Shown: piece after piece, positions 8,866 through 18,041 of the stretch
How the letters are laid out: every line of letters begins with the position of its first letter
Position numbering within the stretch: the first letter of the stretch is position 1
Virus record (IMG/VR): IMGVR_UViG_3300002835_000001
Coordinates: 1-64,000 of that record
Reading direction: 5' to 3' (one strand)
From: a virus
Taxonomy: Duplodnaviria; Caudoviricetes
DNA: 64,000 nucleotides
The notes under the pieces: model-generated
What the model saw: only the letters and a program-made list of their open reading frames with translations
Told to the model about the DNA's origin: nothing
Database searches by the model: none
Translations under genes and position numbers: made by a program

Positions 8866-8965
8866 GGGTTATTCTTCTTATTGTTCTTGTTGGTACATCT
8901 CCCCCTTCATTTGGGACCATATTTGGTACTCAGGTTGTTCAGATACTTTCATATAACGTGATTTA

Positions 8966-9508
8966 TTAATTAACAAATGAATATACAATACCTATTGATA
9001 ATCCACCAACATTATCATATCCGATATTTGGAGATATGTGACCTAATTTATATGACAATGATCCGCCCAACAATAAACCAGTACCATTACTTGTTGTTGT
9101 GTGATAATATCCATTACTTGATAAAATAAACATTCTATCATGTGCATTGTGGTAGGTATCTTTAGTATAAATCCCAACTTTACTTGATACGGTTAATTTT
9201 CTATGTCTATAACCAAATATTCCATAAAACCCCATCCCAATCCCATTTTTCTTTTCATATATTTCTTGAGGAAATTTATTTGGACCCATTGTTGTATATT
9301 CAACCCCAACACTATTTTTAGAAGATGGGAGAATCATTCCACCCCCAATACTAATATTATCTTTTCTCAAAACATTCATTTCAAATCCAATTGATGAATT
9401 ATTAAATCCGTAATAAAGGACCCAATTTACATCCTTTAAAGTGATATTTTGACCATAAGATACCATCGAAAATAACGAAATCCAAATAAATAATAGTGTC
9501 TTTTTCAT
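8966..9508 (-). CDS. putative outer-membrane beta-barrel protein with signal peptide
   Basis: MKKTLLFIWISLFSMVSYG|Q signal; alternating Gly/aromatic strands; C-terminal SIGIVYSF. Confidence 0.6.
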   Translation of the reverse strand: MKKTLLFIWISLFSMVSYGQNITLKDVNWVLYYGFNNSSIGFEMNVLRKDNISIGGGMILPSSKNSVGVEYTTMGPNKFPQEIYEKKNGIGMGFYGIFGYRHRKLTVSSKVGIYTKDTYHNAHDRMFILSSNGYYHTTTSNGTGLLLGGSLSYKLGHISPNIGYDNVGGLSIGIVYSFVN

Positions 9509-9561
9509 TTTTTTGTCTTGGTTTTCCTATACACCATAAGGTTTTGTGTTATAATACCCCA

Positions 9562-9592
9562 CAAATATATGACATAATTTAATAAAAACAAA
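9562..9592 (-). promoter_or_regulatory. Bacteroidota-type promoter
   Basis: Minus strand TTTG (9589-9592), 19-nt spacer, TATATTTG (9562-9569). Confidence 0.7.
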
Positions 9593-9658
9593 AATATATA
9601 TGATTATTTTGAACCTCGTATGCCGGTATCGGGTTCCTTTCCCCCCGCCGCGTTTTGA

Positions 9659-10513
9659 TTAAAATAAACCGAGACTCTTTAATATGTCTTCCTTGGGTGG
9701 GTTGTCCCATTGTGATTGACCATTATCTGAAACAAATCGATTGATAAGTGTTCCCTCATTTCTAATTAATTCGGGAACCTCAGGTAAACCCTTGGCCCAT
9801 GATAGTGTATTCTTAATGGACTTATTAACCTTAAATCTTCTTAAGATTGGTATCTTTGTCTTGTATATCTCAGCTTCAACCTTCTTGTACTTACCTTTTC
9901 TGGTGTTGTAGTCAAAGATATCCGATAAACTTTTTGCATCGTTTTCATAACAATTGGGTGTTAGTACCGCAACTGCGGTCTCACCATCAATGTTTAATAT
10001 AACCGCCACCAAATCCAACGCTTTAATGTCCTTTGAGATTACCAACTCATGCTTTCCAACATTAACTACAATATCAACATCGAACCCAAGTCCCATTCCA
10101 TTAATTCTTTTCATCTCCCTGTGGAATACTGGTCCGTGATTCCCATTCGGTTCAACAACCCTGTTCACCGCTTGGTAAACATGAATCATCTCATGAACAA
10201 GTACATCTCTAAACAAACTATATTTGACATCAAAGAATTTACTGACAGTAATAACAATCTTAACAATTTTTCCTGTTGCCTTCTCTACCCACGATTGTGT
10301 TGTTCCATGTGCGGACTTTCTTTTGCTCCAAGCAAATTCAATTCTAATGGGTCCACCCTTTTTTGGTAACTCACCATTGAACAAAAGGTCATTTAACTTT
10401 TCGTATTCATATACTAAATCAATATTCTTGAAATCCACAATCTCATCCATGGCATGTTCTTTGCTAATCTCATGTAATGTTAATAATTGTGATTCAGTAA
10501 TTAATATCTTCAT
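9659..10513 (-). CDS. SprT-like zinc metalloprotease with ITESQ-type N-terminal motif
   Basis: LNDLLFNGELP, VLVHEMIHVYQ (HExxH) and NHGPVF SprT signature; begins MKILITESQL. Confidence 0.85.
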   Translation of the reverse strand: MKILITESQLLTLHEISKEHAMDEIVDFKNIDLVYEYEKLNDLLFNGELPKKGGPIRIEFAWSKRKSAHGTTQSWVEKATGKIVKIVITVSKFFDVKYSLFRDVLVHEMIHVYQAVNRVVEPNGNHGPVFHREMKRINGMGLGFDVDIVVNVGKHELVISKDIKALDLVAVILNIDGETAVAVLTPNCYENDAKSLSDIFDYNTRKGKYKKVEAEIYKTKIPILRRFKVNKSIKNTLSWAKGLPEVPELIRNEGTLINRFVSDNGQSQWDNPPKEDILKSLGLF

Positions 10514-10517
10514 GTAT

Positions 10518-10524
10518 ATAAATA
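10518..10524 (-). promoter_or_regulatory. TATTTAT box (candidate late promoter)
   Basis: Same 7-mer lies 4-22 nt upstream of the starts at 10513, 13326, 23324, 25646, 28418, 30090, 34109, 35844 and 39736; inferred by analogy with T4 TATAAATA. Confidence 0.5.
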
Positions 10525-10556
10525 GTAGTTACTTCCGAGTTTGTCATTATAACATA

Positions 10557-11255
10557 TCAGGTTCCTCCCGCCGTTTTCTTTGATGATACCAAATCTACAA
10601 TCGTTTGGTTCAAACTATTGATTGTTTCGTTTAAATTTTTAATCTTTTCGTTTAAATTATCGATAACTAAATCTTTTTGTTTAACAATTTCTTCTAAGAT
10701 AGTGGTTTTATTATATGCTAAATCATATGTAATATATACTGTTTTATCCATTATGTGAAATCTACTTTTCTTGAGGTCAGTATTTAATTTTGAAGTAGAT
10801 TTAAAACCCATATACTTCTCTATCTTTTCCTGACCTGTCCCATATAAAAATAATTCTTCATATGTAACTAACATACCAACACCTATATTCCTTATTACAT
10901 CGTTGGATTCATCATAACCTATTTTTTTATTCCATATTTCATTATGGTGTTTTCTCAAAAAGGCTTCATCTATAATATATTTTTCCTTACCCCTCTGGTG
11001 ATATTTTTGTTTTTCTTCTGCCCACACAGTACTCTCAGCGGTTAGTATTGTATTTTCCCTAATTAACCTTATTACGTAATCGTATTCCTCGATGATATAA
11101 TCTGTCGATGGATGTCTTTTAATAATATAGTCATCGACCACCGAAGTGTCCTTATTTTCATTTTCGTAAATGGTTTTTAAGTTAAATTCCTCACCTAACC
11201 AATCTATTAATGAATGTGAACCACATCTCCCCTTTGCAATTATTAGAATTTTCAT
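10557..11255 (-). CDS. sulfotransferase-like P-loop protein with C-terminal coiled coil
   Basis: IIAKGRCGSHSL PAPS-binding-loop-like N-terminus; later vtYEEL motif. Confidence 0.55.
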   Translation of the reverse strand: MKILIIAKGRCGSHSLIDWLGEEFNLKTIYENENKDTSVVDDYIIKRHPSTDYIIEEYDYVIRLIRENTILTAESTVWAEEKQKYHQRGKEKYIIDEAFLRKHHNEIWNKKIGYDESNDVIRNIGVGMLVTYEELFLYGTGQEKIEKYMGFKSTSKLNTDLKKSRFHIMDKTVYITYDLAYNKTTILEEIVKQKDLVIDNLNEKIKNLNETINSLNQTIVDLVSSKKTAGGT

Positions 11256-11261
11256 ATGATA

Positions 11262-11882
11262 TTAAATAAGTGTTTTTATTATTCTTACTTTTTTTTGGGG
11301 ACTATAAAAATAGTCGTTTAGTACTTTTTTTGGTACTTCAGTTATTCCCACATAATTCATTATCTCCATCAACAAATCCAAATTATGTTCCATAAACACG
11401 TCCTCATAATAATAAATATTTCCTTTGTGATATTGCATTAAATCCTCCGATTGGTCGGCCAGTGCCTTAATATACTCCGTAGGTATGTTTGTTAAATCGT
11501 ATTCCTTTCTATTATGCCAAGTTTTTAAGTTATTCCCTATATATGAATGTGCTGCGTGACTCTCCGCCTGTTCCCACTTATTCCTTCTCTCCATCACAAT
11601 AATCTTATCAAAGGTCTGGTACATCCAATCATATGGGAAAACCCCATTATTAACAGTATGATTTAATAATTCCTTAACAAGAACATTGGGATTGTTTTCA
11701 ATAAGATTCATCTCATGTCCTCTTTGATGGCGAAAGAATGGTTCATTTAAACATGTGTAGTATCTTGGGAGACATAAACTCATCATGTCAAATAGTGAAG
11801 TTGTTCCGGATCTACCTATAGATGATATTATACATATCTTCATATACTTTGAATTATCTCTTTTTTGTGATGTGGTCAACAA
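11262..11882 (-). CDS. sulfotransferase-like protein
   Basis: ISSIGRSGTTSL...NEPF, then IIVMERRN and YYEDV motifs. Confidence 0.6.
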   Translation of the reverse strand: MLTTSQKRDNSKYMKICIISSIGRSGTTSLFDMMSLCLPRYYTCLNEPFFRHQRGHEMNLIENNPNVLVKELLNHTVNNGVFPYDWMYQTFDKIIVMERRNKWEQAESHAAHSYIGNNLKTWHNRKEYDLTNIPTEYIKALADQSEDLMQYHKGNIYYYEDVFMEHNLDLLMEIMNYVGITEVPKKVLNDYFYSPQKKVRIIKTLI

Positions 11883-11948
11883 TCATTACAATAATAGACA
11901 ATCCTATTACAATTGTAAATGATATCATGACCGGAAATATTGTTCCCA

Positions 11949-12665
11949 TTAGTTCCAGTAGTTATGATGATGTCTGAAGAACTCAGGATTCTTTCTGTTT
12001 ATGTAACTCTTAATCATTATTTGGAACATCCATAAAATTCCTTTAGATTTGAATCTACGTGAAGATGTGTACGCTCCTTCTATGTTTACCACCTTAAAGT
12101 TCTTTGACATAACCTTTTGTGATATCGAATAATCCTCAGCAAATAGTTCGTATGGATTATATCCCCCTAACGACCAGTATGTTTCTGTCTTCCATAGTTG
12201 GAATCCTCCCACCGCGAACGGGGTTCCAATCATTGCGGATATAGATTGAAATATATCAAATACCCTGAACACCCATCTGTAAGGTTTATCCGTATAGAAC
12301 GGAACTGTTACCAAATCCTTCTTATGATTTAAACACCCCTCAATAATCTTTGGGTTGGTTAATAAGATGTCCGCATCCAAGAATAACATATACGGGGTTA
12401 TCACCAACATACTTCCATTTAATCTTCCTTGTGCTGGATACCCTCCTTTGATTACTATAATCTTTAATACGTGTTTGAAGTCCGCTTGTAATCTTCTTAT
12501 GTATTGTAGAGATTCTTCTTCATCCGATATATCGGCTATGATTAATCTTATCCCATCGATATGGTTCTGTCTTGATATGTATTGAACACAGTTATATAAG
12601 ATTATCCCCTCATTTTTGGATGGGATAATTATCGTTAGTCTCTTACTTAATGACCGTGTATTCAT
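11949..12665 (-). CDS. glycosyltransferase family 2
   Basis: LTIIIPSKNEG, LNGS, LFLDADI, GGFQL...LGGY and AEDY motifs. Confidence 0.9.
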   Translation of the reverse strand: MNTRSLSKRLTIIIPSKNEGIILYNCVQYISRQNHIDGIRLIIADISDEEESLQYIRRLQADFKHVLKIIVIKGGYPAQGRLNGSMLVITPYMLFLDADILLTNPKIIEGCLNHKKDLVTVPFYTDKPYRWVFRVFDIFQSISAMIGTPFAVGGFQLWKTETYWSLGGYNPYELFAEDYSISQKVMSKNFKVVNIEGAYTSSRRFKSKGILWMFQIMIKSYINRKNPEFFRHHHNYWN

Positions 12666-13326
12666 CGTTGTTGTATATAATATAACTATTATTCTCAATG
12701 AAATCACCAGTGTTTAAGTACCTAACACCATTAACTACCTTATCATCAGGATGATGTATATGTCCACACATTACGATCGTACAATTATGTTTAACCCCTT
12801 GTCGAACAATCTCTTCCTCAAATGATGTCATAAACTTCACAGCTTCCTTAACACTATTCTTTAAGAACTTGGATAGACTACGTTTATATCCCCACGATTT
12901 GAGTCTTCGGTCAACACTAATAGCAAAATCATAACCAATCGATCCTAATATCCCTAACCATTTAAGTTTAACCACCCCATCATATAAATCACCATGGGTG
13001 ATGTAAGTGTCCTTAAAGATATATTCATTATGAACCTCTATGTTCCCAAACGATAGTTCAAGGTAGTCCCTCATGAATTCATCATGATTCCCTGGTATGT
13101 AGATAACCTTTGTTCCGTTCTTGGAATATGATAGTATCTTTCTTAATACGTTTGTGTGTGATTGTGGCCATCGGAACTTCCTTTTCAATAACCATCCGTC
13201 AATTATATCCCCCACAAGGAAGAGATATTCAGGTTGGTATTGTTTAAGAATGTTTAGGACCTCGTTTGCGTTGGAACCTTTTGAACCCAGATGAACATCT
13301 GAGATGAATAATGCTTGTATCTTCAT
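12643..13326 (-). CDS. UDP-2,3-diacylglucosamine hydrolase (LpxH)-like metallophosphoesterase
   Basis: ISDVHLG, LVGDIIDGW, PGNHD, THGD, CGHIH and NTGD motifs. Confidence 0.85.
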   Translation of the reverse strand: MKIQALFISDVHLGSKGSNANEVLNILKQYQPEYLFLVGDIIDGWLLKRKFRWPQSHTNVLRKILSYSKNGTKVIYIPGNHDEFMRDYLELSFGNIEVHNEYIFKDTYITHGDLYDGVVKLKWLGILGSIGYDFAISVDRRLKSWGYKRSLSKFLKNSVKEAVKFMTSFEEEIVRQGVKHNCTIVMCGHIHHPDDKVVNGVRYLNTGDFIENNSYIIYNNDEYTVIK

Positions 13327-13422
13327 TCCCTATAAATAGTTCTACAAAACTGGAACTTAGGTTAACATATTATTATCGACTTCCGAGATTGTCACGTTTT
13401 TACTTCCGACTTTGTCATTTTA

Positions 13423-13644
13423 TTATCTCCTTCTGTTTAATTCGTTATGAAATATAACACACCATTCATCATGTGTTCTTCCTTCATACGGATTTGGGAT
13501 AACCATATTGCCCTCCCCATTCATACATCTAATAATACTCACAATATGGTCAATAGATATATTCTCAAGACGATGTGATAACCCATTGGCCGTTCTCCAT
13601 CGTATTGGTGTTGGTTCCTGAAAGAATTTAAAGTCTTTTATCAT
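13423..13644 (-). CDS. FKFF-motif small protein
   Basis: Begins MIKDFKFFQE. Confidence 0.75.
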   Translation of the reverse strand: MIKDFKFFQEPTPIRWRTANGLSHRLENISIDHIVSIIRCMNGEGNMVIPNPYEGRTHDEWCVIFHNELNRRR

Positions 13645-13647
13645 TAG

Positions 13648-13908
13648 TTAAATTATATCTGGGAAGTTCCACATTGGGTGGTCTGAATATATTCTTTGTC
13701 CTTGCACTGTGTTCCCCTCTTCAATATGTCTAAACAACATAAATTTATATGGGGAAAGAGAATTAGGGTCAAACATAACTTGGGTTACATCAAAGAACAC
13801 ATGGTCATCTGTATCGTAGTATCTTGGGTTGTTTTCATCTATTGTAGATTCTAAGGTATACTCATCGGTATAAATCCTCCCCTTAAAAAATTTAAAAGGT
13901 AATCTCAT
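13648..13908 (-). CDS. FKFF-motif small protein
   Basis: Begins MRLPFKFFKG. Confidence 0.75.
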   Translation of the reverse strand: MRLPFKFFKGRIYTDEYTLESTIDENNPRYYDTDDHVFFDVTQVMFDPNSLSPYKFMLFRHIEEGNTVQGQRIYSDHPMWNFPDII

Positions 13909-14381
13909 TATAATCTATTTTGAAACCAATCAGGTACATCTCTGCCTTTCCACACACAAAAGTCTTTCTTATCCCCAAGATAATAGTTACGATATGATTG
14001 GATAGTATCGTCATAAACCTTATATTCATCGGGCATTGCAAGTGCTGGTGGTGTAAATTCTAAATCTTTAATCTTCGGTCTATTATATGCACACCATTCA
14101 ATAATCTCTTGTGTCTTATGACGTTTACCGTAACGATAGGTATACTCCTGACATAAATTGAACCCCAAGTCCACCAACCAAATGTAGTTCTGTAAATCTT
14201 CTCTAACCCATTTGGAACATGGATGATTCTTGTGTGATAACTTGTAAGGTGCTTCACCACCAGTTGCCCAATGAGCTCCACAAAGTAATTGGGCAGTCTC
14301 CAATATCATTTTAACCACGTGTTTATCGTTATGATACTGAGCACATAATTTAGGATTCCAATCTAAAATAAAAATGTTCAT
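13908..14381 (-). CDS. pyrimidine-dimer DNA glycosylase (DenV/Pyr_excise)-like protein
   Basis: MNIFILD..P..CAQYHNDKHVVKMILETAQLL, THxNHP-like HKNHP and YRNYY motifs. Confidence 0.7.
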   Translation of the reverse strand: MNIFILDWNPKLCAQYHNDKHVVKMILETAQLLCGAHWATGGEAPYKLSHKNHPCSKWVREDLQNYIWLVDLGFNLCQEYTYRYGKRHKTQEIIEWCAYNRPKIKDLEFTPPALAMPDEYKVYDDTIQSYRNYYLGDKKDFCVWKGRDVPDWFQNRL

Positions 14382-14401
14382 GTTATTTAATTATTATTGT
14401 A

Positions 14402-14432
14402 CAAATATATGAACATTTATTTAATTGACAAA
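14402..14432 (-). promoter_or_regulatory. Bacteroidota-type promoter
   Basis: Minus strand TTTG-N19-TATATTTG upstream of 14381. Confidence 0.7.
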
Positions 14433-14483
14433 TTATTTTCCACTCTTGCTTCTAATCCAATTGTACATAAAGTTACTTGAACT

Positions 14484-14990
14484 TTATGGTTTGTTATCAC
14501 TCTTATCTAATTTAATGAATATTGTGTATACCAATCTTCCATTATTAATATTATCACCGAATGATTCTTTCAAAGAATGTAGTATATTTGACGAGTAGAT
14601 GGTTAATCGATTGTAAATGTTCTCCACATAATCAATCTCCTCACCACTTTCGTTATAAAATGCCGTTCCTGAATTGGGTTCGGGATTGGGAGTTAGATAA
14701 AGTACTCCGGCGTAATCAAACATATAATCTGTGTGAATGTTATCACTTGATGTGTGTTCCTTTAAGGTATAGTGTGAAAAACACCTAAGATGTGAACCAA
14801 TGAACTTAGAATCAATCTCATTTAATTTTATTTTAATTAAATCATTCAACTCCATGTCAATCATGTTGGTACACAGACATCTAAACCCTTTCCATCCAGG
14901 TACATTAGGTTGTGACTTGGTGTAGTCTAATTCTAATAGGTCTTCTCTTACTCTATCAGGGTCCGTTAAAAAATTATCTATTGTTATCAT
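14484..14990 (-). CDS. 2OG-Fe(II) oxygenase (DUF6445-like)
   Basis: IDNFL.DPD, IHTD (HxD), AGVLYL, SGTAFY, NRL and distal His motifs. Confidence 0.7.
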   Translation of the reverse strand: MITIDNFLTDPDRVREDLLELDYTKSQPNVPGWKGFRCLCTNMIDMELNDLIKIKLNEIDSKFIGSHLRCFSHYTLKEHTSSDNIHTDYMFDYAGVLYLTPNPEPNSGTAFYNESGEEIDYVENIYNRLTIYSSNILHSLKESFGDNINNGRLVYTIFIKLDKSDNKP

Positions 14991-14994
14991 AAAA

Positions 14995-15294
14995 TTAATT
15001 TATAAATCTCACCCATTCAATTTCGATTAAATCATTTAATATATCAAATCCCCAACCACTATCATTGTTATCTATATTATGTATAATACCATTCGGTCCC
15101 GTGATTGATAAAATAGATATAACAAACCATGAGGGAAAGTTATTTAAAAATGAACGAATACCATAATGATGTTCAATATGAATATCATATTCATATTGAT
15201 CTAAATTCTCAAGTCTAACATACGTCCAAGACGCACCATCATACGGTTCAATTATTTCATCTTCATTATCTTGAAAGAATTTAAATGGTTTCAT
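14995..15294 (-). CDS. FKFF-motif small protein
   Basis: Begins MKPFKFFQD. Confidence 0.75.
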   Translation of the reverse strand: MKPFKFFQDNEDEIIEPYDGASWTYVRLENLDQYEYDIHIEHHYGIRSFLNNFPSWFVISILSITGPNGIIHNIDNNDSGWGFDILNDLIEIEWVRFIN

Positions 15295-15649
15295 TGTTTC
15301 TTATTACTCCTCTGAATATTAGTGGTATATCCCTTGGCATAGCATCAAAATTATCTTCGTTGTAACGTATCATATTACTTATATCCGCATTATCCACGAA
15401 TTCATATGCAAATATAATATTATCCCTATTCATTTCCATAAACTGATTGTATGAGTAAAAGTATCTATTGGTAACTGTCACCGTCATTGTCTTTAACTCC
15501 TCGGTATAAAAATTTCCATCCCATCTACATTCCATATAGAATATTACCCCCACAGGTCTATACATCCATTGTATTTGACCGAGGTAATCACTCCTCAAAT
15601 ACCATTTTCTTTTTATATTATTTTGCAAGAACTTGAACGGCTCAATCAT
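15281..15649 (-). CDS. FKFF-motif small protein (FKFL variant)
   Basis: Begins MIEPFKFLQN. Confidence 0.75.
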   Translation of the reverse strand: MIEPFKFLQNNIKRKWYLRSDYLGQIQWMYRPVGVIFYMECRWDGNFYTEELKTMTVTVTNRYFYSYNQFMEMNRDNIIFAYEFVDNADISNMIRYNEDNFDAMPRDIPLIFRGVIRNNETI

Positions 15650-16085
15650 TTCTAAATGTTAAAGTTATGTCAGCGTTGTTGTGGAATACTTCTCCTACCG
15701 TATCTTCATCCCATTTACATCGTTCATAAATAATATGATTTGTTTCCGCTTCAATATCAACAGTCATAAACGCATTTGCTTGAATTTCTTGAACCATTCT
15801 TCTAACCGCCACACTATTCATGTAAGTTATAACCTCATCAATCTTACCTCTAATATCATAATCACTATAAGAATTATATTTGTCTCTATATAATTTAGTC
15901 ATAACGATAATTAATGTATTTTTAACCCTATCATTATCCATTAGATTATTATCTAAAATATAATTCCACGTGATGTCTAATACACCAATCAATAATGGAA
16001 CATTTGTTGCATCATCTAATAAACCGGTTAGTTGCCAATTAACCCTTGTTATGTTAGATCTAAAAAATTTGAAGTCCTTTATCAT
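15642..16085 (-). CDS. FKFF-motif small protein
   Basis: Begins MIKDFKFFRS. Confidence 0.75.
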   Translation of the reverse strand: MIKDFKFFRSNITRVNWQLTGLLDDATNVPLLIGVLDITWNYILDNNLMDNDRVKNTLIIVMTKLYRDKYNSYSDYDIRGKIDEVITYMNSVAVRRMVQEIQANAFMTVDIEAETNHIIYERCKWDEDTVGEVFHNNADITLTFRND

Positions 16086-16384
16086 ACGTATCTTATTGTT
16101 GATGTTCTTCTTGTGTTAAAACAATCCAAATAACCCATTTCCCACGCAGTATGTAATGAATATATTAGTTCTTCTCTATTACCATATGGATTATTATATA
16201 TTTCCTCGCCTCTTTCACATGCTCTCCACCCCTGTAGGAATATACTACGAAGTTCTGGTGTGTCATATTCTTGACGAGTTGGTACTTGACTATTGGGTAA
16301 TCTTCTTAATCTACCATTGGTAATAATAGTATTAACCCTACTTTTCTTGGTCAGTCCGTGAAAAAATTTAAATAGGCTTACCAT
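16082..16384 (-). CDS. FKFF-motif protein with Rmf/CrpP-like C-terminal domain
   Basis: Begins MVSLFKFFHGLTKK; C-terminal FLQGWRACERG..NPY..AWEMGY resembles the Rmf pattern. Confidence 0.6.
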   Translation of the reverse strand: MVSLFKFFHGLTKKSRVNTIITNGRLRRLPNSQVPTRQEYDTPELRSIFLQGWRACERGEEIYNNPYGNREELIYSLHTAWEMGYLDCFNTRRTSTIRYV

Positions 16385-16631
16385 CTTCTTCCCACTCTTT
16401 AATGTTTTTTAATATCGTTTCAGTTAGTTCTTTTGTTTTATCATCCAACAGTCTCATCATCTCAATATCTTTTGGATTTGTTTCATCCCACGCAGATTCT
16501 TCTCTTGCACCTGATTCGTGAATAACATTGTTAATCATGAACCAACACGACATTTTAATTCTTGTTTCCAACGATGTTTCTTTTAACAACTCACTTATAG
16601 TGTTTGATAAAATCTTTCTTGCTTTTGCCAT
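16368..16631 (-). CDS. hypothetical protein
   Basis: 87 aa ORF in the operon. Confidence 0.7.
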   Translation of the reverse strand: MAKARKILSNTISELLKETSLETRIKMSCWFMINNVIHESGAREESAWDETNPKDIEMMRLLDDKTKELTETILKNIKEWEEDGKPI

Positions 16632-16632
16632 A

Positions 16633-16884
16633 TTATACGTTTGGGTATTTTAAAAACCATTGAGCAAATTTATATAACAACTGAATCGTTGCAACAATAA
16701 TAAACATTGGTGCGGTTACAAACCAACTCAATGAAAAGAATAGATAAGCCTCAGCATTATTTTTATAGTCATCATAGTCAGGTTCGTGTGGTGGATCATA
16801 ATCAATCTCCATTTTCTTACCATATAACTTTAAGAATGTTAGTGTTAGGATAAATCCTATTATGTAAATTAAAATGTAAATCAT
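16633..16884 (-). CDS. small membrane protein
   Basis: Two hydrophobic segments. Confidence 0.7.
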   Translation of the reverse strand: MIYILIYIIGFILTLTFLKLYGKKMEIDYDPPHEPDYDDYKNNAEAYLFFSLSWFVTAPMFIIVATIQLLYKFAQWFLKYPNV

Positions 16885-16885
16885 A

Positions 16886-17110
16886 TTATCTTCTGTTTAA
16901 TTGTCTACCCGCAGCAGATGGTGTATTTAAATAACATTCATAAGTCATATAACAACTAAATCCAGTTTCCTGCTTGAGAAACTTAAACTCATTATTATAC
17001 ATGTTCATTACGATGCAATAATACCCTTGGAATATAAAAGATGAACCAACCATAAGTCTACATTTATCTTTGTAAGGATTCTTCTGAAAGAACTTGAATT
17101 CATTTACCAT
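16886..17110 (-). CDS. FKFF-motif small protein
   Basis: The ATG at 17110 gives MVNEFKFFQK and overlaps the upstream stop. Confidence 0.7.
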   Translation of the reverse strand: MVNEFKFFQKNPYKDKCRLMVGSSFIFQGYYCIVMNMYNNEFKFLKQETGFSCYMTYECYLNTPSAAGRQLNRR

Positions 17111-17535
17111 ATACTTAGTATTTTGGCGATTCCGATGATTGTAACCATTGTTAACAATATACTCACAACAACAACACCAATAGGTTCTAACCTCCAAGTT
17201 TCTTGAAGAACTATCTTTACCTTCGTCCAAAACTTTGGGTTAACGGTTGTTACCGTTGTTGCTTGAAATAATCTTATTGGGTTATCATTTAAATCTCTTG
17301 AATCGTTAGTCATTTGTAGTCTTCTTAGGATATCTTGATGTCTCTCCGGTGTGCCCAACCTACCTCTTGGTATTTCATATGAACCGCGAAGTCTATCATA
17401 TAGATTACGATCTGTGTGATATAACATTCTTCTATAAACGTGACCATCGGCTGTGTCATCATTGAATGATGCGGTTGCACGTACATCATCATCAATCATG
17501 TTTAAAGTTCCCTTAAAGAACTTGAAGTCTTTCAT
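17104..17535 (-). CDS. FKFF-motif protein with C-terminal TM helix
   Basis: Begins MKDFKFFKG; hydrophobic C-terminus. Confidence 0.75.
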   Translation of the reverse strand: MKDFKFFKGTLNMIDDDVRATASFNDDTADGHVYRRMLYHTDRNLYDRLRGSYEIPRGRLGTPERHQDILRRLQMTNDSRDLNDNPIRLFQATTVTTVNPKFWTKVKIVLQETWRLEPIGVVVVSILLTMVTIIGIAKILSIW

Positions 17536-17915
17536 TACTTAATATTTGAATTATAGAATGTGTTTGTAGATATTGTTCCCGTTGTTGTGAAAGATCCAAC
17601 CATACCGGTTGTGGTGTAGGTTATTCCGTTTGGATTTGATGTTATTAAACTAAGTCCTGTTGATGTTCCTGAACTTATACATGGAATTGTGAGATAATCA
17701 TTACCCAAATAGTTTGGTGTTGTTGTTATAGTTCCCGTTCCATTTAATGGATAATCACCAATAAAACGATTTGGATAGTAGTTTGGTATTGTTATTGTAC
17801 CATATCCTGGAGTTACAGTTAACCTATTGATATCGTTTATTCTATTGATATTATTCCAATCAATTTCTATTGATATGTCATCAACATACCCCCTAAAAAA
17901 TTTAAATTCTCTCAT
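17535..17915 (-). CDS. FKFF-motif Thr/Gly-rich protein
   Basis: Begins MREFKFFRG; GTGTITT-like low-complexity repeats. Confidence 0.75.
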   Translation of the reverse strand: MREFKFFRGYVDDISIEIDWNNINRINDINRLTVTPGYGTITIPNYYPNRFIGDYPLNGTGTITTTPNYLGNDYLTIPCISSGTSTGLSLITSNPNGITYTTTGMVGSFTTTGTISTNTFYNSNIK

Positions 17916-18041
17916 ATATTTCTTTTAATCTACAATTTACCCCATTGGGATTTATGTTTATTTTCTTCCGCAATTTTAAATCCTAACCAAATGTCTTTGA
18001 AAAATTGTTTGATATTTTTTAATATAAATAGCTTCATAGTT

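Noticed and set aside
13423-17915. FKFF motif as a DNA-level palindromic site (TTTAAATTT)
   Set aside because: Several copies use TTC AAG TTC codons that destroy the palindrome while preserving the peptide.
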